Part shown: piece after piece, positions 19,322-29,948 of the stretch
Layout of the letters: every line of letters begins with the position of its first letter
How positions within the stretch are numbered: the stretch's first letter is position 1
From: Pseudomonadota bacterium
Lineage (GTDB): Bacteria > Pseudomonadota > Gammaproteobacteria > Xanthomonadales > SZUA-38
NCBI GenBank assembly: GCA_039195135.1
Contig: JBCCVP010000009.1
Location: 1,629 to 65,628 of the forward strand
Reading direction: 5' to 3'
DNA: 64,000 nt
Position numbers and translations under genes: made by a program
The notes under the pieces: model-generated
The model's database searches: none
The model's input: only the letters and a program-made list of their open reading frames with translations
Told to the model about the DNA's origin: nothing

Positions 19322-19787
19322 AAACTGGGTAACGCTTGAGCGCACGTTTAACGCGCCGATCGACACGATCTGGAACCTGTGGACCGATCCGGAGCTGTTT
19401 AAGCAGTGGTATGGGCCCAACGGGATGAGCGTGCCGGTGGCGGAGATGGACGTAAAACCTGGCGGCGGGCGAAAAATCTGCATGGAGATGCAACGGCCCG
19501 ACGGCGCGATGCAGATGTGGTTTATTGGCGAGTACAAAGAGGTGAGTCGACCCCGGCGGCTGGTCTACACCGAAAGCATGTGCGATGAAGCGGGCAACCT
19601 AATCTCGCCGGAAAGTATGGGCATGCCGCCGGGGCATCCGGACGTCACTCAGGTGATTGTGGAGCTGTCGGAAACGGCCGGAGCAACCCGCATGGTGATG
19701 ACCCATGTGGGCGTCCCGGCGGGCTCTCCCGGCGCCGGCGGCTGGTCTCAGGCCTTTGACAAGCTGGAGGCTCTGGTTGGCAGCTGA
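19311..19787 (+). CDS. SRPBCC (AHSA1/START-like) family protein
   Basis: MNAENWVTLERTFNAPIDTIWNLWTDPELFKQWYGP. The start overlaps the arsR stop by 11 nt. Confidence 0.8.
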   Translation: MNAENWVTLERTFNAPIDTIWNLWTDPELFKQWYGPNGMSVPVAEMDVKPGGGRKICMEMQRPDGAMQMWFIGEYKEVSRPRRLVYTESMCDEAGNLISPESMGMPPGHPDVTQVIVELSETAGATRMVMTHVGVPAGSPGAGGWSQAFDKLEALVGS

Positions 19788-19790
19788 GCG

Positions 19791-20042
19791 TCAGCTCTCG
19801 CGCCGGTCTGCGGCCTCGGGCTTCAGGTCGAGAAGGGCGCTGAACATCTGATCAGCAAATTTCATGACCTTGACCGACGTTTCCACCTGCTGGCGACCCT
19901 CCATGAGGGCCACCATGGCCTGGGACTGATCCGCCAGGTCTTGATCGCCGCGAGCGATGTCCGTCGCCGCCTGGTCCAGCTGCTGGAGGCCCCGGCGGAT
20001 GCCGAGCTGCGCCGTTTGATACGGAGTGCCGCTGATTTTCAT
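19791..20042 (-). CDS. small hypothetical protein
   Basis: ORF 19791-20129. Start chosen at MKISGT. No family recognised with confidence. Confidence 0.3.
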   Translation of the reverse strand: MKISGTPYQTAQLGIRRGLQQLDQAATDIARGDQDLADQSQAMVALMEGRQQVETSVKVMKFADQMFSALLDLKPEAADRRES

Positions 20043-20273
20043 GGTTGGATTGCTGCGTCGGATTTTCGCCATTACGGGATGAATCGACCGTTCGCGGGAG
20101 TTCTTTAGCCCCGGGTTTCGACGTATCAACAGGCGGCGCCTATCGAAACCATCAAATTAAACGATTTTTATGATCGTCTCTGGCTTGCTACCTTTCCCAA
20201 CTCAGCGTCATCGGTCAAAAGGCCGCGATCATTCCATCGCTCCGACCGCGCACACACGAAAGGAGAAAGCAAG

Positions 20274-22556
20274 ATGAAGGTTTCAAACCGATTTACCGTC
20301 ACGGCCCTTGCCGGAGCGCTCTCGCTGGTACTGGCGGGGCCCACAGCCCTGGCGCAGGAAGCGGAGATCAGCAAGCCGAAAGGCGCTGCGGGTATGGGGA
20401 CCGCAAATGCTGGCCAGGCCAAGAACAACCAGTTCTGGTGGCCGGACCAGCTTGATCTGTCGCCGCTTCGCGATCACGCTCGGAGCTCCAATCCTCACGG
20501 CGATGACTTTGACTACGTCGCTGCGTTTAACACGCTGGATCTGGCTGGCGTCAAACAGGACATCGATGCGGTGCTGACCACGTCCCAGGACTGGTGGCCG
20601 GCGGACTTCGGCAACTATGGTCCTTTCTTCATTCGCATGTCCTGGCACGCCGCCGGAACCTACCGCACGCTGGACGGCCGCGGAGGCGGCGAGGGCGGCC
20701 AGATGCGCTTTGACCCGCTGAACAGTTGGCCCGACAACGGCAACCTCGACAAAGCTCGCCGGTTGCTCTGGCCGATCAAGCAGAAGTACGGCGCCAGCCT
20801 GTCGTGGGGAGATCTGATGATCCTGGCCGGTAACGTCGCGCTTGAGAACATGGGTTTTGAGACCTACGGCTTCGCCGGTGGTCGCGCCGATGACTGGGAG
20901 CCAGACGTGGTCTACTGGGGTCCGGAAGTGGAGATGCTTGCCAGCGATCGAGAAGACGCGAACGGCGAGCTGAAGCGGCCCCTGGGCGCTACCCACATGG
21001 GTCTGATCTACGTCAATCCGGAAGGCCCGAAGGGTAAGCCGGACCCGGTGGGTTCTGCGAAAAACATCCGCGTCGCGTTTGGCCGCATGGCCATGAACGA
21101 TGAAGAAACGCTGGCCCTGATCGCCGGCGGTCACACCTTCGGCAAAATGCACGGTGCCCACAAGCCGGGCGATTGCGTCGGCGCTGAGCCGGCCGCTACC
21201 GCGACCGAAAATCAGGGCCTTGGCTGGCAGAACACCTGCGGCAAAGGTCACTCGGAAGACACGGTCACCAGCGGCCTTGAGGGCGCCTGGACGCAGGCTC
21301 CGACCCGCTGGACCTCCCTGTACCTGCAAAATCTGCTGACCTTCGACTGGAAGGAGACCCGCAGCCCCGCCGGTGCCATCCAGTGGATCCCCACGGATGA
21401 GTCGCTGCACGCCGTTGTGCCGGACGCTCATGTCGAAGGCAAGTTCAATCCGCCGGTGATGACCACCGCCGACCTGGCGCTGAAAGAAGACCCGGCCTAT
21501 CGCAAGATCGCCGAGCGCTTTCTTGCCGACCCGGAGGAATACCGGCTGGCGTTTGCCAAAGCCTGGTACAAGCTCACCCACCGCGACATGGGTCCGGCGG
21601 TGCGCTACCTGGGTGATGAGGTCCCCACCGACACGCTGATCTGGCAGGATCCGGTCCCCGCCGTGGAACACTCGCTGGTGTCTGCGCGGCAGGTCCGGCA
21701 GCTGAAAGAGCAGGTATTGGAGTCGGGTCTGAGCACCTCGGAGCTGGTCCGCACCGCCTGGTCTGCCGCCGCCAGCTATCGCAACAGCGATATGCGTGGT
21801 GGTGCCAATGGCGGCCGCATTGCCCTGGCTCCACAGAAAGACTGGGCCGCTAACAACCCACAGGAACTGGCCAAGGTCTTGGGCGTACTCAAAGGCATTC
21901 AGGAAGACTTCAACGGCTCATCCCGCCGCAGCAAGGTGTCCCTCGCAGATCTGGTGGTCCTCGGCGGCGCAGCAGCCATTGAGAAGGCCGCCAGCGATGC
22001 CGGTGTTGAGGTCGAGGTGCCGTTTGTGCCCGGCCGCACGGATGCCACCCAGGAAATGACCGACGTCAACTCGTTCTCGTTCCTGGAGCCAGCGGCGGAC
22101 GCTTTCCGTAACTACTACAGCGACGCGGCCTACCGCTCGCCCGCCGAAATGCTGGTCGACAAGGCCGACCAGCTGAACCTGACGCTGCCGGAAATGACGG
22201 TGCTGCTCGGCGGATTGCGGGCGCTGAACGCCAATACCGGCGGCGCGAGCCACGGTGTGTTTACCGACCAGCCCGGCACTCTCAACAACCACTTTTTCGT
22301 CAATCTGCTGGACATGTCCACCCGCTGGCAGCCCAGCGGTACTGAAGGCGTGTACGAGGGCGTTGATCGGGAAAGCGGTAAGGTGAAGTTCACGGCAACG
22401 CCGGTGGATCTGGTCTTCGGCGCTAACGCCGAGCTGCGCACCATCGCCGAGGTGTACGCCTACGACGGCGCGGAGGCGCAGTTTGCCCGGGACTTTGTGA
22501 AGGCCTGGACCAAAGTGATGCAGCTGGATCGCTTCGATCTGCGCTACGACAGCTGA
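20274..22556 (+). CDS. katG: catalase-peroxidase with an N-terminal Sec-type signal peptide
   Basis: The full-length KatG pattern is present ([36 protein letters not shown]). The N-terminus is [27 protein letters not shown]|QE. AAGGAGA RBS. Confidence 0.97.
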   Translation: MKVSNRFTVTALAGALSLVLAGPTALAQEAEISKPKGAAGMGTANAGQAKNNQFWWPDQLDLSPLRDHARSSNPHGDDFDYVAAFNTLDLAGVKQDIDAVLTTSQDWWPADFGNYGPFFIRMSWHAAGTYRTLDGRGGGEGGQMRFDPLNSWPDNGNLDKARRLLWPIKQKYGASLSWGDLMILAGNVALENMGFETYGFAGGRADDWEPDVVYWGPEVEMLASDREDANGELKRPLGATHMGLIYVNPEGPKGKPDPVGSAKNIRVAFGRMAMNDEETLALIAGGHTFGKMHGAHKPGDCVGAEPAATATENQGLGWQNTCGKGHSEDTVTSGLEGAWTQAPTRWTSLYLQNLLTFDWKETRSPAGAIQWIPTDESLHAVVPDAHVEGKFNPPVMTTADLALKEDPAYRKIAERFLADPEEYRLAFAKAWYKLTHRDMGPAVRYLGDEVPTDTLIWQDPVPAVEHSLVSARQVRQLKEQVLESGLSTSELVRTAWSAAASYRNSDMRGGANGGRIALAPQKDWAANNPQELAKVLGVLKGIQEDFNGSSRRSKVSLADLVVLGGAAAIEKAASDAGVEVEVPFVPGRTDATQEMTDVNSFSFLEPAADAFRNYYSDAAYRSPAEMLVDKADQLNLTLPEMTVLLGGLRALNANTGGASHGVFTDQPGTLNNHFFVNLLDMSTRWQPSGTEGVYEGVDRESGKVKFTATPVDLVFGANAELRTIAEVYAYDGAEAQFARDFVKAWTKVMQLDRFDLRYDS

Positions 22557-22571
22557 TCAGCTTGCACTGAA

Positions 22572-22618
22572 GGGGGCGTCTTACGTGTTATCACAGCGGA
22601 AGACGTCCCCTTTTTTTT
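22572..22618 (+). terminator. rho-independent terminator of katG
   Basis: 11 bp stem GGGGGCGTCTT/AAGACGTCCCC (one G-U pair) followed by T8. Confidence 0.8.
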
Positions 22619-22744
22619 CGCGCCACCAATCCCCTCGGACACCACGCGCTGACCTAATCCGTGGCAAATCTGACGTAGCTTTGTCGAGAAAGCAGATTTT
22701 ACAAACGCTTCCGTTCGTGGTTTCCTGAGGGAAAATAAGATCGC

Positions 22745-23599
22745 GTGGACCTAATGTCCGACTCCCGCCCCCCGCTTTCGGGAAACCCTCAGCTCGACCA
22801 TCTGGCGGTAGCGCGCGCTCGTGAGCTGCAGCAATCTCTGCTGAATTCATTTTCCAGCGACGAACTTGAAGATCTGACCCGCGCCATCATCACCGGGATT
22901 ACCCGGCGTGTCGCCCACCGTACAGCGCGGCCCGAGACCCCGGATGACAGTGCGCTTGAAACGCTGGTGGATGCGCTGATCGGGCCTTCCGAAGCTGAGG
23001 CAACGCAGATGGTGCTGGAAGCCCTGGACGGCGGCATTCCCATCGATTCGATCTACCTGGATTATCTCGGCCGGGCCGCCGTCCTCCTGGGCGATCGCTG
23101 GAACGACGACCGAGCCACGCTGTTTGATGTCACCCTGGGTACGGGGCGCATCTACACCATTCTTCGAGGATTGCAGCCCCTGAGCCTGGCTCCCTGGGAG
23201 GTCGGCGCAAAGCATGCGCTGTTTGTTGCGTTAGAAAAAGATGATCACACGATCGGCGTCAACGTGGCCGCGAGCTATTTCCGCCAGCACGGCTGGCACA
23301 TCGATGTGGTCGACCACCAGAGCGACACGAATCTGGTGCACGCCATGGAGAACCTGCAGCACCAGATCGTCGGCATTTCGCTCAGCCAGCCCGAGCACCT
23401 GCGGGCGGTCATTAAGCTGGTGGTCGCTTTGCGGCTGGCGCAACCGAACGTATTTGTGGTGCTGAGCGGTCCCGCCGTCACCGGTTTCCCGGATCTGAAG
23501 CTTAAGACGGACGTGGATGCGATCGCCGAAGATGCGCCGAAAGCCCTGGATAAGTTGGAACAACTGATTACGCCGATGGAGACCCCGGGTAACGCCTAG
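22745..23599 (+). CDS. stand-alone cobalamin (B12)-binding domain protein, AerR/PpaA- or CarH-C-terminal-like, with no DNA-binding domain
   Basis: A helical cap region is followed by a Rossmann-type B12 domain with the DxHxxG motif (EKDDHTIG) and a GISLS block. Confidence 0.65.
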   Translation: MDLMSDSRPPLSGNPQLDHLAVARARELQQSLLNSFSSDELEDLTRAIITGITRRVAHRTARPETPDDSALETLVDALIGPSEAEATQMVLEALDGGIPIDSIYLDYLGRAAVLLGDRWNDDRATLFDVTLGTGRIYTILRGLQPLSLAPWEVGAKHALFVALEKDDHTIGVNVAASYFRQHGWHIDVVDHQSDTNLVHAMENLQHQIVGISLSQPEHLRAVIKLVVALRLAQPNVFVVLSGPAVTGFPDLKLKTDVDAIAEDAPKALDKLEQLITPMETPGNA

Positions 23600-25278
23600 C
23601 TCATGGCCCGGGCCGCCGTGTCCTCGGCAATCCTTGAGGAGAAACAGGCTTCCGCAGCCAGCGCCGGCACCTTCGCTGGCGCAATCGGCGCACTGAAAAA
23701 GAACCCCTGCACCAGGTCGCACCCGAGCCCCTGCAGCACGTGGATCTGCTCCAGCTCCTCCACACCTTCCGCCACCACGCGAAACCTCATGGCCTGACCC
23801 AGCGCCATGATCGTGCCCAGCAGCACTGCGTCCTGGGGGTTATCGAGAAGGTTGGTGATGAAGCTGCGATCGATCTTCAGGCAGTCGATGGGCAGATCTT
23901 TCAGAGACCCGAGGGAGGAGTAGCCGGTGCCAAAGTCATCAATGGCAACCCGCACTCCGGTTTTCCTCAAGCCCTCCAGCAGCGCAGCGCTGTCCGCCCC
24001 GGATTGAATGCCGGACTCGGTGACTTCAATTTCCAGCTGTTCCGGCGCCAGGCCAGCTTCTGACAGCTCCCGCCGCACCGTAGCCAGCAGGCTCGCGTCC
24101 GCCAGGTGCCGCGGGGCAATGTTGACGCTCACGCGAGTATCCGGAAGGCCCTGTTCCCGCCAGCTGGCTACCTGTTGGCACGCCGCGCGAAGCACCCAGT
24201 TTCCCAGGTCCTTGATCAGGCCGAGGCGTTCGATTTCCGGCACAAATTCACCCGGTGGCACCAGCCCTCGCTTCGGGTGCTGCCAGCGAACCAGCGCCTC
24301 CCAGCTCCATATGCGACCGGTTGGTAGATCCACCTGGGGCTGGTAATGGAGCACAAACTGATTTTCTCGGATGGCCGCGCGCAGCTCCTGGGCCAGCGTC
24401 AGCCGGTCGGCGGCCTGTTTGGACATCTCCGCATCAAAAAACTCAAAGCGGTGGTGGCCCGCGACCTTGGCGGCATACATGGCGTTGTCGCCGGCCTGCA
24501 TGATGGATCGGGCATCATTGCCATCCATCGGATAGCGGGCGACACCGATACTCGCCCTCGGCTTAAAACGCTTTCCTACCAGGGTGATCGGTTGTCCGAT
24601 ATTGTTGATGCAGCGTTCGGCAAGCCGGGCGATATCTGCTTCGTCCGTCAGATCCTCCAGCAGGATGCAGAACTCATCACCCCCCAGGCGAGCCACCAGG
24701 TCGTTTTCCCGGGCCGATGCCAGCAGCCGCCGGGCGATTTCTTTCAACAGTTCGTCACCGGCTTCGTGGCCGAGGCTGTCGTTTACGTCTTTGAACGCAT
24801 CCAGATCGAGATAGAACAGCGTGAAGCCGACCTTTCGCCGTTTTGCTGAGCTGATCATCTCCTGCAGCCGGCGATTGAGATTTCCACGGCTCGCAAGGCC
24901 CGTCAGGATGTCAAAAAAGGCCATCTTGTGAATGGACGCAACGTGCTCATGCATCCGTTCCCGAAGGATGGCGAAATCCCTGGCGATCTGGCCAACCTCG
25001 TCGTCCTGCACCTCTCTCTGCCGGGGTTCGAATTCGGCGCTGAAGTCGCTCTTTACGAATGCCTGAATGTCCTCCGAGAGGCCGCGCAGGGGCCGGGTGA
25101 GCGACTTGGCCAGATAGCTGCTGAGGGCAATGCACGCCAGCACACCCAGGCTGATGGCCAGGTATAGTCCGGCCCCCAGATGCTCCTGCTGATACTGGTA
25201 AAACGCCAGGCACAGGCCCGCCGAGATGCCCATCATAATCAGGAAGCACAGCAGTAGTTTGGTTCGAAAGGTCAGCAC
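23596..25278 (-). CDS. membrane HAMP-GGDEF-EAL c-di-GMP turnover protein
   Basis: Two TM segments, HAMP, RLGGDEFCILL, and an EAL domain (WEALVRWQHP...DDFGTGYSSL). Confidence 0.9.
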   Translation of the reverse strand: MLTFRTKLLLCFLIMMGISAGLCLAFYQYQQEHLGAGLYLAISLGVLACIALSSYLAKSLTRPLRGLSEDIQAFVKSDFSAEFEPRQREVQDDEVGQIARDFAILRERMHEHVASIHKMAFFDILTGLASRGNLNRRLQEMISSAKRRKVGFTLFYLDLDAFKDVNDSLGHEAGDELLKEIARRLLASARENDLVARLGGDEFCILLEDLTDEADIARLAERCINNIGQPITLVGKRFKPRASIGVARYPMDGNDARSIMQAGDNAMYAAKVAGHHRFEFFDAEMSKQAADRLTLAQELRAAIRENQFVLHYQPQVDLPTGRIWSWEALVRWQHPKRGLVPPGEFVPEIERLGLIKDLGNWVLRAACQQVASWREQGLPDTRVSVNIAPRHLADASLLATVRRELSEAGLAPEQLEIEVTESGIQSGADSAALLEGLRKTGVRVAIDDFGTGYSSLGSLKDLPIDCLKIDRSFITNLLDNPQDAVLLGTIMALGQAMRFRVVAEGVEELEQIHVLQGLGCDLVQGFFFSAPIAPAKVPALAAEACFSSRIAEDTAARAMS

Positions 25279-25380
25279 TCTTTTTTTCCAGTCCGCAGGG
25301 CGGAACAGGGTCCGGGGGCGTACCTCAGGAATATCGGCCGCGGTGTCCGATTCTGTAGATGCTGGCCCTTTTTTTAAGGT

Positions 25381-25809
25381 TCAGCGTCGCCAGGACAGAA
25401 CGTGACGACGCGCAGCACCATCTTTGGCGGGTTCTTCGGCGGAAAGCTCAAGTTGCTGCGGGCCTGAAAAAACGGCGACTCGGCGCTGCCTGGTGCCCAC
25501 AAGCTCAGGGTTCAAAGCCAGCGTTACTTCGTGCACCACGCAGTCGCCGTCCAGGTGCCACGAGCCGGCGTAGTAAAACGCCGAATCGAACAGGTGCGCT
25601 CGATCCGCCGCGCTGGCGCGCCGCGGATTGGCAAACGGAAGGGGTGCGCGGTCGGCGCTGAACACGCTTGCCGTCATCATCTCCGGCGCGTAGAACAGCA
25701 GCCCCGCAGCGTCGTCTCCAAACGGATAGGTGCGGCGGCCCGTGTCGTACTCGATCCGCCACTGTTCAAGGCGCCAGGCGCCGAGGAAATCAGCTCGCTG
25801 ATGAGGCAT
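25381..25809 (-). CDS. lipocalin-like domain protein
   Basis: FLGAWRLEQWRIEYD...GLLFYAPEMM...YYAGSWHLDG pattern. Start chosen at MPHQRAD. Confidence 0.55.
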   Translation of the reverse strand: MPHQRADFLGAWRLEQWRIEYDTGRRTYPFGDDAAGLLFYAPEMMTASVFSADRAPLPFANPRRASAADRAHLFDSAFYYAGSWHLDGDCVVHEVTLALNPELVGTRQRRVAVFSGPQQLELSAEEPAKDGAARRHVLSWRR

Positions 25810-27493
25810 GGGTTTGCGCCGGTTCGCGAAACTGGACGATGCGAAACCGGTTGGCCACAAAGGCAAGATCCGTCAGGCAGGCATTGCCCGCGGGATTGAG
25901 GCCCGTAACGTGGTAGTCGCTGTAGGCGGCGGCGAAGTTGATCGGCATGGGCACGGTCATGTTGCACCATAGCGAGGCGCCGGCATCGGCAAAGGCGTTT
26001 TGCGCCACCTCGGAAAACCCGGCATCCGCGCTGTACAGGTAGGAGGCGATAGCGCCAAAGCGCCGGGCGTTGCCGCTGGCATTGGCGAGAGCTGCGTCGG
26101 CGCTTTCCTCCTGGATCAGAAAGGAAACGGGGGCAAAATGCTCCTGCGTATACAGGTCGCCCCGCTCGGCAGAAACCTTCAGCACCAGCGGCGTGGCCGC
26201 GCGGGCCTGCGGAAAGTCCGGCGGATTGAACGGACGGGTGTCCAGCAGCACCTGGTCGGCGTCCACCCGCGACTTGAGGTCCGCGAGAATTTCCAGCGAC
26301 GTCTCCGACTGAATCGCGCCGCACAGCGCAAGGGCCCGGGCCGGGTCGGCGGTGCGGGCCTCAATGGCCTGGACAAGCCGCGCCCCGAACTCACTGAAGC
26401 TGACGTGTCCCTGATCGCTTTCGATACCCGACGCCGGCACGTGCAGGTTTTGCGGCGTGGTACACATCTGGGCGGAAAAGCCGCAGAGGCAGTTGGCTAG
26501 CCCTTGGAGCAGGCCGTCGAGATTGTCGGTGGAGTGGATAACCACGCCGTTGCAGCCCGCGGTTTCCGTATACACCAGCTTGTCCGCGCAGTGGGTCTCG
26601 ATCCAATGGCCAAACTGCTGGCTGCCGGTGTAGTCGATGATCGCCGTTGCCTCGTGGTTCAGCAGGTCCTTGGTGATGGGCTCATCGGCGGTGTCCGCTA
26701 CCATGATCAGCAGATTTGGGTCGTGCCCCGCCGTTTCCAGCACCCGGCGTCCGGTGCGCACGGCCAGGGCCACCGGAAGGATTCCGTTGGGGTGGGGCTT
26801 GATGATGACCGGATTGCCCGTCACGAGGTTGGCGAACAGCGCCGGGTAGGCGTTCCACAGCGGGAAAGTGGCGCAGCACACGACCACCGCCACGCCCCGG
26901 GGCACCACGCGGTAGGTTTTGGTCAGCGCAACTTCCCCGGCCCTTCCAAACCCCTTCGACCAGTTTGCCGTTTCCGGCACATCGCCCAGGGCTTTGCAGG
27001 CGTAGGCGATCGCCTCGACGCCGCGGTCCAGCGCGTTGGCGCCGCTGCCGGAGAAGGCCATCAGGTAGCTCTGTCCCGCCGTGTGCATGGTGGCGTGGGC
27101 GTTTTCGAAAGCCTGGTCCTGAAACGCAAAGGCCATTTCCAGGCAGAGGCCCGCCCGCTCGCGCCAGGGCACCTCGCGCCAGCTCAAAAGCGCCGCGCGG
27201 CTGGCGGCAAAGGCGCTTTCCACCGCAACCTTTGGGTAGTCGATGCCAAGGGGCTTGCAGGTATAGGGCGACACTTCCCGCCCGGTGCGGCCGATCTCGC
27301 CAGGCTGCGCTAGTTCGAAGGGCTGGCCCAGCAGGGCCTCAAAATTCTGCCGGCCCGTTTCCGCCGCTCCGGCCGGGTGGAGCTTGCGGCTCGGCGATTC
27401 GACAAACGGGCTCCAGTAGTCCCGCGTTTCGCAGGCCGTCATCGCGGCTTCCAGGGTGGCCTGGTGCTTCCGGTAGTAGCTCATGGCGTTCAA
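25790..27493 (-). CDS. aldehyde dehydrogenase family protein, PaaN-like
   Basis: 567 aa. The N-terminus MSYYRKHQATLEAAM..RDYWSPF and the overall length resemble PaaN-type ring-opening ALDHs. No other paa genes are present in the window. Confidence 0.65.
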   Translation of the reverse strand: MNAMSYYRKHQATLEAAMTACETRDYWSPFVESPSRKLHPAGAAETGRQNFEALLGQPFELAQPGEIGRTGREVSPYTCKPLGIDYPKVAVESAFAASRAALLSWREVPWRERAGLCLEMAFAFQDQAFENAHATMHTAGQSYLMAFSGSGANALDRGVEAIAYACKALGDVPETANWSKGFGRAGEVALTKTYRVVPRGVAVVVCCATFPLWNAYPALFANLVTGNPVIIKPHPNGILPVALAVRTGRRVLETAGHDPNLLIMVADTADEPITKDLLNHEATAIIDYTGSQQFGHWIETHCADKLVYTETAGCNGVVIHSTDNLDGLLQGLANCLCGFSAQMCTTPQNLHVPASGIESDQGHVSFSEFGARLVQAIEARTADPARALALCGAIQSETSLEILADLKSRVDADQVLLDTRPFNPPDFPQARAATPLVLKVSAERGDLYTQEHFAPVSFLIQEESADAALANASGNARRFGAIASYLYSADAGFSEVAQNAFADAGASLWCNMTVPMPINFAAAYSDYHVTGLNPAGNACLTDLAFVANRFRIVQFREPAQTHASSAS

Positions 27494-27534
27494 AGATAAA
27501 CGACCCGCCGTCCCGGGTCTTCCCCGACGCTTTT

Positions 27535-28338
27535 CTAAAGGAGCTCGAGCGGGTCGAGAGCCACCCGGTCTGGATCATCCGCCAGCAGACCGCGAAGGAT
27601 GGCGGTGTGCCCCTGACCTCCGATGACAACCACGCGGGACCCGGGGGTAGCATGGTGCTGAATCCGGGCGTACATGCGGAAGTTCCGGTGCCACCAGCTC
27701 GCGGCTGCGTCGGCGCCGACAAAGTCCTCCCCGGCGCCCAGATGATTGGTGAGCAGATAGAAAGAGCGGTTCAGGCGATCCTCAGCGACCGTGTTGTAGG
27801 TGCGCAGCAGCGGCCCCAGGGCCAGTGTGGCCTGTTTCTGGTTGGTGTCCTCAGTGACGCGGGCGATGAGCTCGTCCATGCGCGCTTTCGTTTCGGGTTC
27901 TTTTTCGATGCGCTCAAACAACGCCTGCGCTTCCCAGCCAATCTCCCGTTCATCGCAAGAAAAGACGCTTGCGAGGCCGGCCTTGGCGGCAATCCGGAAA
28001 CCAAGCTGGTAAATCTCGTTGTGCGTCAGCTCAAACTTGCCGGCCCGGTAGCTGTCGTACTCGGTCTGCACTTCTGCCTGCTCGGCGGGGTCGTATTCCA
28101 GCAGCACAGCGGTCGGCTTCAGATCGGCAATACGCTGGCTTAAACTCTCCAGGTAGCGCTGGCTTTCGTCCGACATCACGTCAATAACGTCGGTTTTTAC
28201 GACATCAGCCTGCGGATTGGCGAAGTGGAAGGTGCCGATCAGCAGCACTTCGGCCGGCTCGGTTTCTTCGGCGTTGCCGGGGCTTGGGCCTGTGAGGAGT
28301 AATCCCAACGCGGCGATGAGAAGGCAGTAAATTGGCAT
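27535..28338 (-). CDS. secreted hypothetical protein, DUF5694 / TraB-GumN-like
   Basis: Signal peptide MPIYCLLIAALGLLL, followed by LLIGTFHFANP...VVVIGGQGHTAIL. Confidence 0.45.
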   Translation of the reverse strand: MPIYCLLIAALGLLLTGPSPGNAEETEPAEVLLIGTFHFANPQADVVKTDVIDVMSDESQRYLESLSQRIADLKPTAVLLEYDPAEQAEVQTEYDSYRAGKFELTHNEIYQLGFRIAAKAGLASVFSCDEREIGWEAQALFERIEKEPETKARMDELIARVTEDTNQKQATLALGPLLRTYNTVAEDRLNRSFYLLTNHLGAGEDFVGADAAASWWHRNFRMYARIQHHATPGSRVVVIGGQGHTAILRGLLADDPDRVALDPLELL

Positions 28339-28384
28339 GGGCGTGATCAGCTGATTCCTGGGACAGGAAGGCACGATAGCGAAT

Positions 28385-29836
28385 ATGATCACGTCCCGCC
28401 GCTGTCAAAAGTTGAGTTCCGTGAATCTAACGCCCGAAATCAGCGCCCGCATCAATCGGGTCTTTGAATCCCAGAAAGCCACGGCGCTGACCCTGCGCCG
28501 GTCATCCGTAGCCTCGCGCATCGCCAAGCTGAAGCGGCTGCGGGAGGAGATACTCAACCGCCGCGAAGCGATCGTCGAAGCGGCCGCGTTGGATTTCAAC
28601 CGACCCGTAATGGAGGTGGACTTCACGGAAATGATGCCGGTACTGGTGGAGATCAGCGACTGCTGCCGGCACCTGAAAAAGTGGATGAAACCCCGCAAGG
28701 TGCGTGCGACGCTCGCCATGCTGGGAACGCGCAGCTGGGTTCGCTACGAGCCCCGGGGCCGGTGCCTGATCATCGCGCCCTGGAACTACCCCGTGACGCT
28801 GACCCTGGGGCCTCTGGTACCGGCCGTGGCCAGCGGCAATACGGCCATGATCAAAACCTCCGAGGTCGCGCCGCACTTTTCCAAGGTGCTGGTGGAGATT
28901 GTGGAGGCGGTTTTTGACGAAAACGAAGTGGCTATCTTCGAGGGGGATGCGGAGGTAGCCACAGCGCTGCTGGAGCTGCCGTTCGACCATTGTTTTTTCA
29001 CCGGCTCGCCGCAGATCGGCAAGATCGTCATGGAAAAGGCGGCGGCGAACCTGACCAGCGTGACGCTGGAGCTTGGCGGCAAGTCTCCGGTGGTGGTAGA
29101 CGAAACGGCGGATCTGGATCTGGCCGCCAAGACGATTGTCTGGGGCAAGTACATCAATACCGGCCAGACGTGCATCGCCCCGGACCATCTGTTTGTCCAG
29201 CGGTCGGTCTACGAACCGTTTATGGAGCGGGTTAAGCAGCACCTGCGGGAGTGGTACGGCGACGGCGACGCTGGCCTTCAGGCGCAGCTGTCCCGATCGA
29301 TCAATGAGCGCCACGCGGCTCGCGTAGCGCATCTTCTGGACGATGCGGTTAAGCGCGGTGGCAAAGTGGTGTTTGGCGGTCATGTGGATGTGGAGCAGAA
29401 GTTCATCGCGCCAACGGTGCTCGCCGACGTGCCGCCAGACGCGGAGGTCATGCAGGAAGAAATTTTCGGTTCGCTCCTCCCGGTGATGCCGTTTGATTCG
29501 CTGACGGCGGTGATCGACCAGATCAATGAAGGTCCCAAGCCGCTGGCCATGTACATCTGGTCTAAATCTCGGGAAAACTGCGACCTGCTGGTCGAGTCCA
29601 CCAGTTCCGGCGCCGTATGCATAAACCACGTGGCGGTGCATTTTCTCCACAGCAACCTGCCTTTTGGGGGCGTCAATAACTCCGGTATCGGCAGCTACCA
29701 CGGCGAGTGGGGCATCAAGGCGTTTTCCCACGAGCGCGCGGTGCTAAAAACCCAGGTCAACACGACGAAGTGGTTTTTTCCGCCGTATTCCGAGCGAATC
29801 AGCCGGATTCTGACGAAGGCGCTTCGGTACCTCTAG
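28385..29836 (+). CDS. NAD(P)-dependent aldehyde dehydrogenase (class 3 / coniferyl-aldehyde DH-like)
   Basis: IIAPWNYP, ELGGKSP, GQTCIAPD, and PFGGVNNSGIGSYHG near the C-terminus. Confidence 0.9.
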   Translation: MITSRRCQKLSSVNLTPEISARINRVFESQKATALTLRRSSVASRIAKLKRLREEILNRREAIVEAAALDFNRPVMEVDFTEMMPVLVEISDCCRHLKKWMKPRKVRATLAMLGTRSWVRYEPRGRCLIIAPWNYPVTLTLGPLVPAVASGNTAMIKTSEVAPHFSKVLVEIVEAVFDENEVAIFEGDAEVATALLELPFDHCFFTGSPQIGKIVMEKAAANLTSVTLELGGKSPVVVDETADLDLAAKTIVWGKYINTGQTCIAPDHLFVQRSVYEPFMERVKQHLREWYGDGDAGLQAQLSRSINERHAARVAHLLDDAVKRGGKVVFGGHVDVEQKFIAPTVLADVPPDAEVMQEEIFGSLLPVMPFDSLTAVIDQINEGPKPLAMYIWSKSRENCDLLVESTSSGAVCINHVAVHFLHSNLPFGGVNNSGIGSYHGEWGIKAFSHERAVLKTQVNTTKWFFPPYSERISRILTKALRYL

Positions 29837-29948
29837 CCGGGCGTATTGTCTGACAAGCGGGTGATTCAGCTAAAAATACGCCAAAAAATCCGTTCAGAAT
29901 TCAGGTTTTCAATATAATCAGGCGCACCGTCACCGCCGGTACGCCGCC

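Noticed and set aside
20130-20273. OxyR-type site upstream of katG (ATCG...CGAT repeats at about 20143-20180).
   Set aside because: I could not align it convincingly to the ATAG-N7-CTAT-N7-ATAG-N7-CTAT consensus by eye.
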